NCBI GenBank assembly: GCA_964458855.1
Contig: CAYWJS010000001.1
Location: 6,906-70,905, forward strand
Reading direction: 5' to 3'
Source: an uncultured Erysipelotrichia bacterium
Lineage (GTDB): Bacteria > Bacillota_I > Bacilli_A > CAYWJS01
Length of the DNA stretch: 64,000 bases
The notes under the pieces were generated by a model. It made no database searches and was not told the DNA's origin. It saw only the letters and a list, made by a program, of their open reading frames with translations. Below are positions 61,326-64,000 of this stretch, piece after piece (the first letter of the stretch is position 1; every line of letters begins with the position of its first letter). The translations under genes were made by a program, and so were the position numbers.

Positions 61326-64000
61326 TTCGCAAAAATTGTCCAGTATACGAATGTTTCATTTTACTTAACTCTTCTGGGGTACCTGTAGCAATAACTTCGC
61401 CTCCATATTCGCCACCTTCAGGTCCTAAATCAATAATATAATCACATGTTTTTATAATATTTAAATTATGTTCAATAATAATTACTGTGTCTCCATTATC
61501 AACTATTCTTTCAAGTACTTTAATTAACTTTTTAATATCTTCGGCATGAAGTCCTGTTGTTGGTTCATCAAGAATAAAAAGAGATTTTCCAGTTGGTTTT
61601 TTCTGAAGTTCTTTGGCAAGTTTTACTCTTTGTGCTTCTCCTCCTGATAAAGTTGGTGCAGGTTGTCCCAACTCAATATAGACAAGTCCTACATCAATCA
61701 TTGTTCTTAATTGATTTTCAATGCTTGGAATATTTTCAAAAAATGTATCTGCTTCTTGAACTGTCATTTTTAAAATGTCTGCAATATTCTTTCCTTTATA
61801 TTTTATTTCCAAAACTTCACTACTATATCTTGTTCCCTTACATACTTCACAAGGAATATAAACATCAGGTAAAAAGTGCATCTCAATCTTTTTTACCCCA
61901 TCTCCATTACACGCTTCACATCTTCCACCTTTTACATTAAATGAAAATCTTCCCTTTTCATACCCTCGTATTTTTGCCTCACTAGTTTTACTAAATAAAT
62001 CTCTTATATTATCAAAAACCCCAACATATGTTGCAGGATTACTTCGTGGAGTACGTCCTATTGGTGATTGTGATATTTTTACAACTTTATCGATATTTTC
62101 AAGACCTTTTATCTCTTTGTGCTTTCCTGGTAAATCTTTTGCTCGATAAAGTTTAGAAGCAATTGCTTTATATAAAATCTCATTAACAAGTGTTGATTTT
62201 CCTGAACCGCTTACTCCAGTTACTGCAATAAGTTTTCCAAGGGGAAACTTTACATCAATATTTTTCAAATTATTTTCTTTTGCACCAATAACCTCAATAA
62301 ACTTACCATTTCCCTTTCTTCTTGTTTTAGGAACCTCTATTTTTCTTTTTCCACTTAGATACGCTCCTGTAATACTTTTTGGATTTTTTGAAACTTCTGC
62401 TGGTGTTCCAAGAGCTACTATCTCACCACCATTTATTCCTGCGCCTGGTCCAATATCAACAAGAAAATCTGCTGAACGCATCATTTCTTCATCATGTTCA
62501 ACAACAATTAAGGTATTTCCTAAATCTCTCATTTCTAAAAGGGCATCTATTAGTTTTTTATTATCGCGTTGGTGAAGACCAATTGATGGTTCATCTAACA
62601 CATATAAAACACCACTTAACCTTGAACCAATCTGTGTTGCAAGACGAATCCTTTGTGCTTCTCCTCCTGATAGAGTGCTTGCAGAACGACTTAAAGTTAA
62701 ATATTCAAGTCCAACATCAATTAGAAACTTTAATCTTGCTTCAATTTCTTTTAATATTAAATTAGAAATTTTTCTTTCTTCTTCAGTCAATTTAATATTT
62801 TTAAAGAAATCTGCCAACTTTTTAATACTTAATGTTGTTAAATCATAAATATTCTTTTTATTTATATATACATTTAAAACAGCATCACTTAAACGTGCAC
62901 CATGACACAGTGGACATTCACTTTCAACCATATATCCTTCAATCCACTCACGAACAAAAGAACTTGATGTTTCCATATAACGACGTTTTAAATTATTTAC
63001 TACTCCTTCAAAACGTTCTTTTCTTTTTGTGCTAATGCCACTTTTGCTTTCAATTTTAAACTCCACTTCATCTTTAGTTCCATATAAAATCTCCTCAAGA
63101 AGGGAACGTTTGATATTTTTAACCTTTTTATCCATATCAATACCAAGATGGTTGCAAACAGATTCAATCATTTGGCCATAAATATTATCTTTTACAATTG
63201 ATTTTGCATAAGGAATAATTGCACCTTCCCGTATTGTCTTTTCTTTATTTAAAATTAAATCTTCTACAATTTCAAGTTTTGTTCCAAGTCCTTTACACTC
63301 TGGACAAGCACCAAGTGGAGCATTAAAAGAGAAAAGTCTGGGTTCTAACTCTGGTAAAGAAAAATCGCAATATGGACAAGCATAATTTTCGCTAAAAAGC
63401 ACTTCTTCTTTTCCAACTACATCAACAATAACTTTACCATAAGATAAATTTAGAGCAGTTTCAATCGAATCTGAAAGTCTGGGTTTAATATCAGAATTAA
63501 TAACTAAACGATCAATAACAACCTCAATATTATGATTTTTATTTTTTTCTAAATCTATTTCATCATCTAAATCATGTATTTCTCCATCTACTCTAACGCG
63601 AACATAACCATCTTTTTTTAGTTTTTCAAAAGTATCTTTATGAGTTCCCTTTTGTCGCCTTACAATTGGAGACATAATTTGGATTTTTGTCCCCTCTTCA
63701 TATTCCATTACTTTACTTACTATTTCATCTATTGATTGAGAAACAATAGGAATTTTATGTTCTGGACAATACGGAACCCCTATTCTTGCAAAAAGAAGTC
63801 TTAAATAATCATATATTTCAGTAATTGTCCCAACTGTTGAACGCGGGTTTTTACTTGTACTTTTTTGATCAATGCTTATAGCAGGACTTAATCCTTCAAT
63901 TGAGTCAACATCTGGTTTTTCAAGTCCACCTAAAAATTGTCTTGCATAAGCACTTAAACTTTCTACATAACGCCTTTGTCCTTCAGCATAAATTGTATCA
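61315..64000 (-). CDS. uvrA: excinuclease ABC subunit A (5' end beyond window)
   Basis: Frame open to the window edge (..DTIYAEGQRRYVE at 63961..64000). Two ABC modules (GVSGSGKST, LSGGEAQR x2), zinc-finger Cys clusters. Confidence 0.9.
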   Translation of the reverse strand, partial: DTIYAEGQRRYVESLSAYARQFLGGLEKPDVDSIEGLSPAISIDQKSTSKNPRSTVGTITEIYDYLRLLFARIGVPYCPEHKIPIVSQSIDEIVSKVMEYEEGTKIQIMSPIVRRQKGTHKDTFEKLKKDGYVRVRVDGEIHDLDDEIDLEKNKNHNIEVVIDRLVINSDIKPRLSDSIETALNLSYGKVIVDVVGKEEVLFSENYACPYCDFSLPELEPRLFSFNAPLGACPECKGLGTKLEIVEDLILNKEKTIREGAIIPYAKSIVKDNIYGQMIESVCNHLGIDMDKKVKNIKRSLLEEILYGTKDEVEFKIESKSGISTKRKERFEGVVNNLKRRYMETSSSFVREWIEGYMVESECPLCHGARLSDAVLNVYINKKNIYDLTTLSIKKLADFFKNIKLTEEERKISNLILKEIEARLKFLIDVGLEYLTLSRSASTLSGGEAQRIRLATQIGSRLSGVLYVLDEPSIGLHQRDNKKLIDALLEMRDLGNTLIVVEHDEEMMRSADFLVDIGPGAGINGGEIVALGTPAEVSKNPKSITGAYLSGKRKIEVPKTRRKGNGKFIEVIGAKENNLKNIDVKFPLGKLIAVTGVSGSGKSTLVNEILYKAIASKLYRAKDLPGKHKEIKGLENIDKVVKISQSPIGRTPRSNPATYVGVFDNIRDLFSKTSEAKIRGYEKGRFSFNVKGGRCEACNGDGVKKIEMHFLPDVYIPCEVCKGTRYSSEVLEIKYKGKNIADILKMTVQEADTFFENIPSIENQLRTMIDVGLVYIELGQPAPTLSGGEAQRVKLAKELQKKPTGKSLFILDEPTTGLHAEDIKKLIKVLERIVDNGDTVIIIEHNLNIIKTCDYIIDLGPEGGEYGGEVIATGTPEELSKMKHSYTGQFLRNVL

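Overview
This is a 64-kb chromosomal window from a very AT-rich bacterium, roughly 30% GC by eye, with the standard genetic code. The presence of spo0A and the gene order point to a low-GC, endospore-lineage Firmicute. Nearly every gene is on the minus strand.

Gene content, in order along the window:
- A contiguous S10-spc-alpha ribosomal-protein supercluster (rpsJ through rplQ) that also carries secY, adk, map, infA and rpmJ. It has no L30 gene and a zinc-type short S14.
- Two minus-strand tRNA clusters (Leu-Ile-Gly and Glu-Asn) and an ssrA/tmRNA gene.
- Dispersed cell-wall genes: murE, a murF-ddl pair and acpS.
- cdaA-cdaR (c-di-AMP synthesis), pyrG, a P-type cation ATPase, and an frr/smpB/rnr/secG block.
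- A glycolytic gene set (gap, pgk, tpiA, gpmI, eno) interrupted by inserted genes, followed by clpP, whiA/yvcK, trxB, lgt and a 5'-truncated uvrA.

Observations most worth a second look:
1. A MurD-like ligase is translationally coupled to a PP-loop ATP-pyrophosphatase-family protein. This matches the MurD2/MurL idea (L-Glu ligation followed by ATP-dependent epimerisation) or another adenylating peptidoglycan-precursor modification.
2. MurF has its canonical N-terminal domain replaced by about 180 aa of transmembrane helices.
3. The glycolysis operon is a mosaic. A BgsB/BgsA-like glycolipid cluster (GT4, flippase-like membrane protein, GT4) is fused translationally to tpiA, and spo0A sits between tpiA and gpmI.
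4. Two prepilin-type genes each carry a single disabling lesion: a 1-nt frameshift in an A-run in one, an in-frame TGA in the other.
5. A GC-rich structured leader lies upstream of rpsJ, with a 33-aa hydrophobic micro-ORF transcription unit beside it.
6. A terminator hairpin sits in the pyrG leader and looks like an attenuator.
7. Ribosomal protein L3 has a C-terminal acidic tail of about 75 aa.
8. The tmRNA tag appears to end ...ALATA rather than ...ALAA.

No CRISPR array, transposase, integrase or recognisable defence system was seen.
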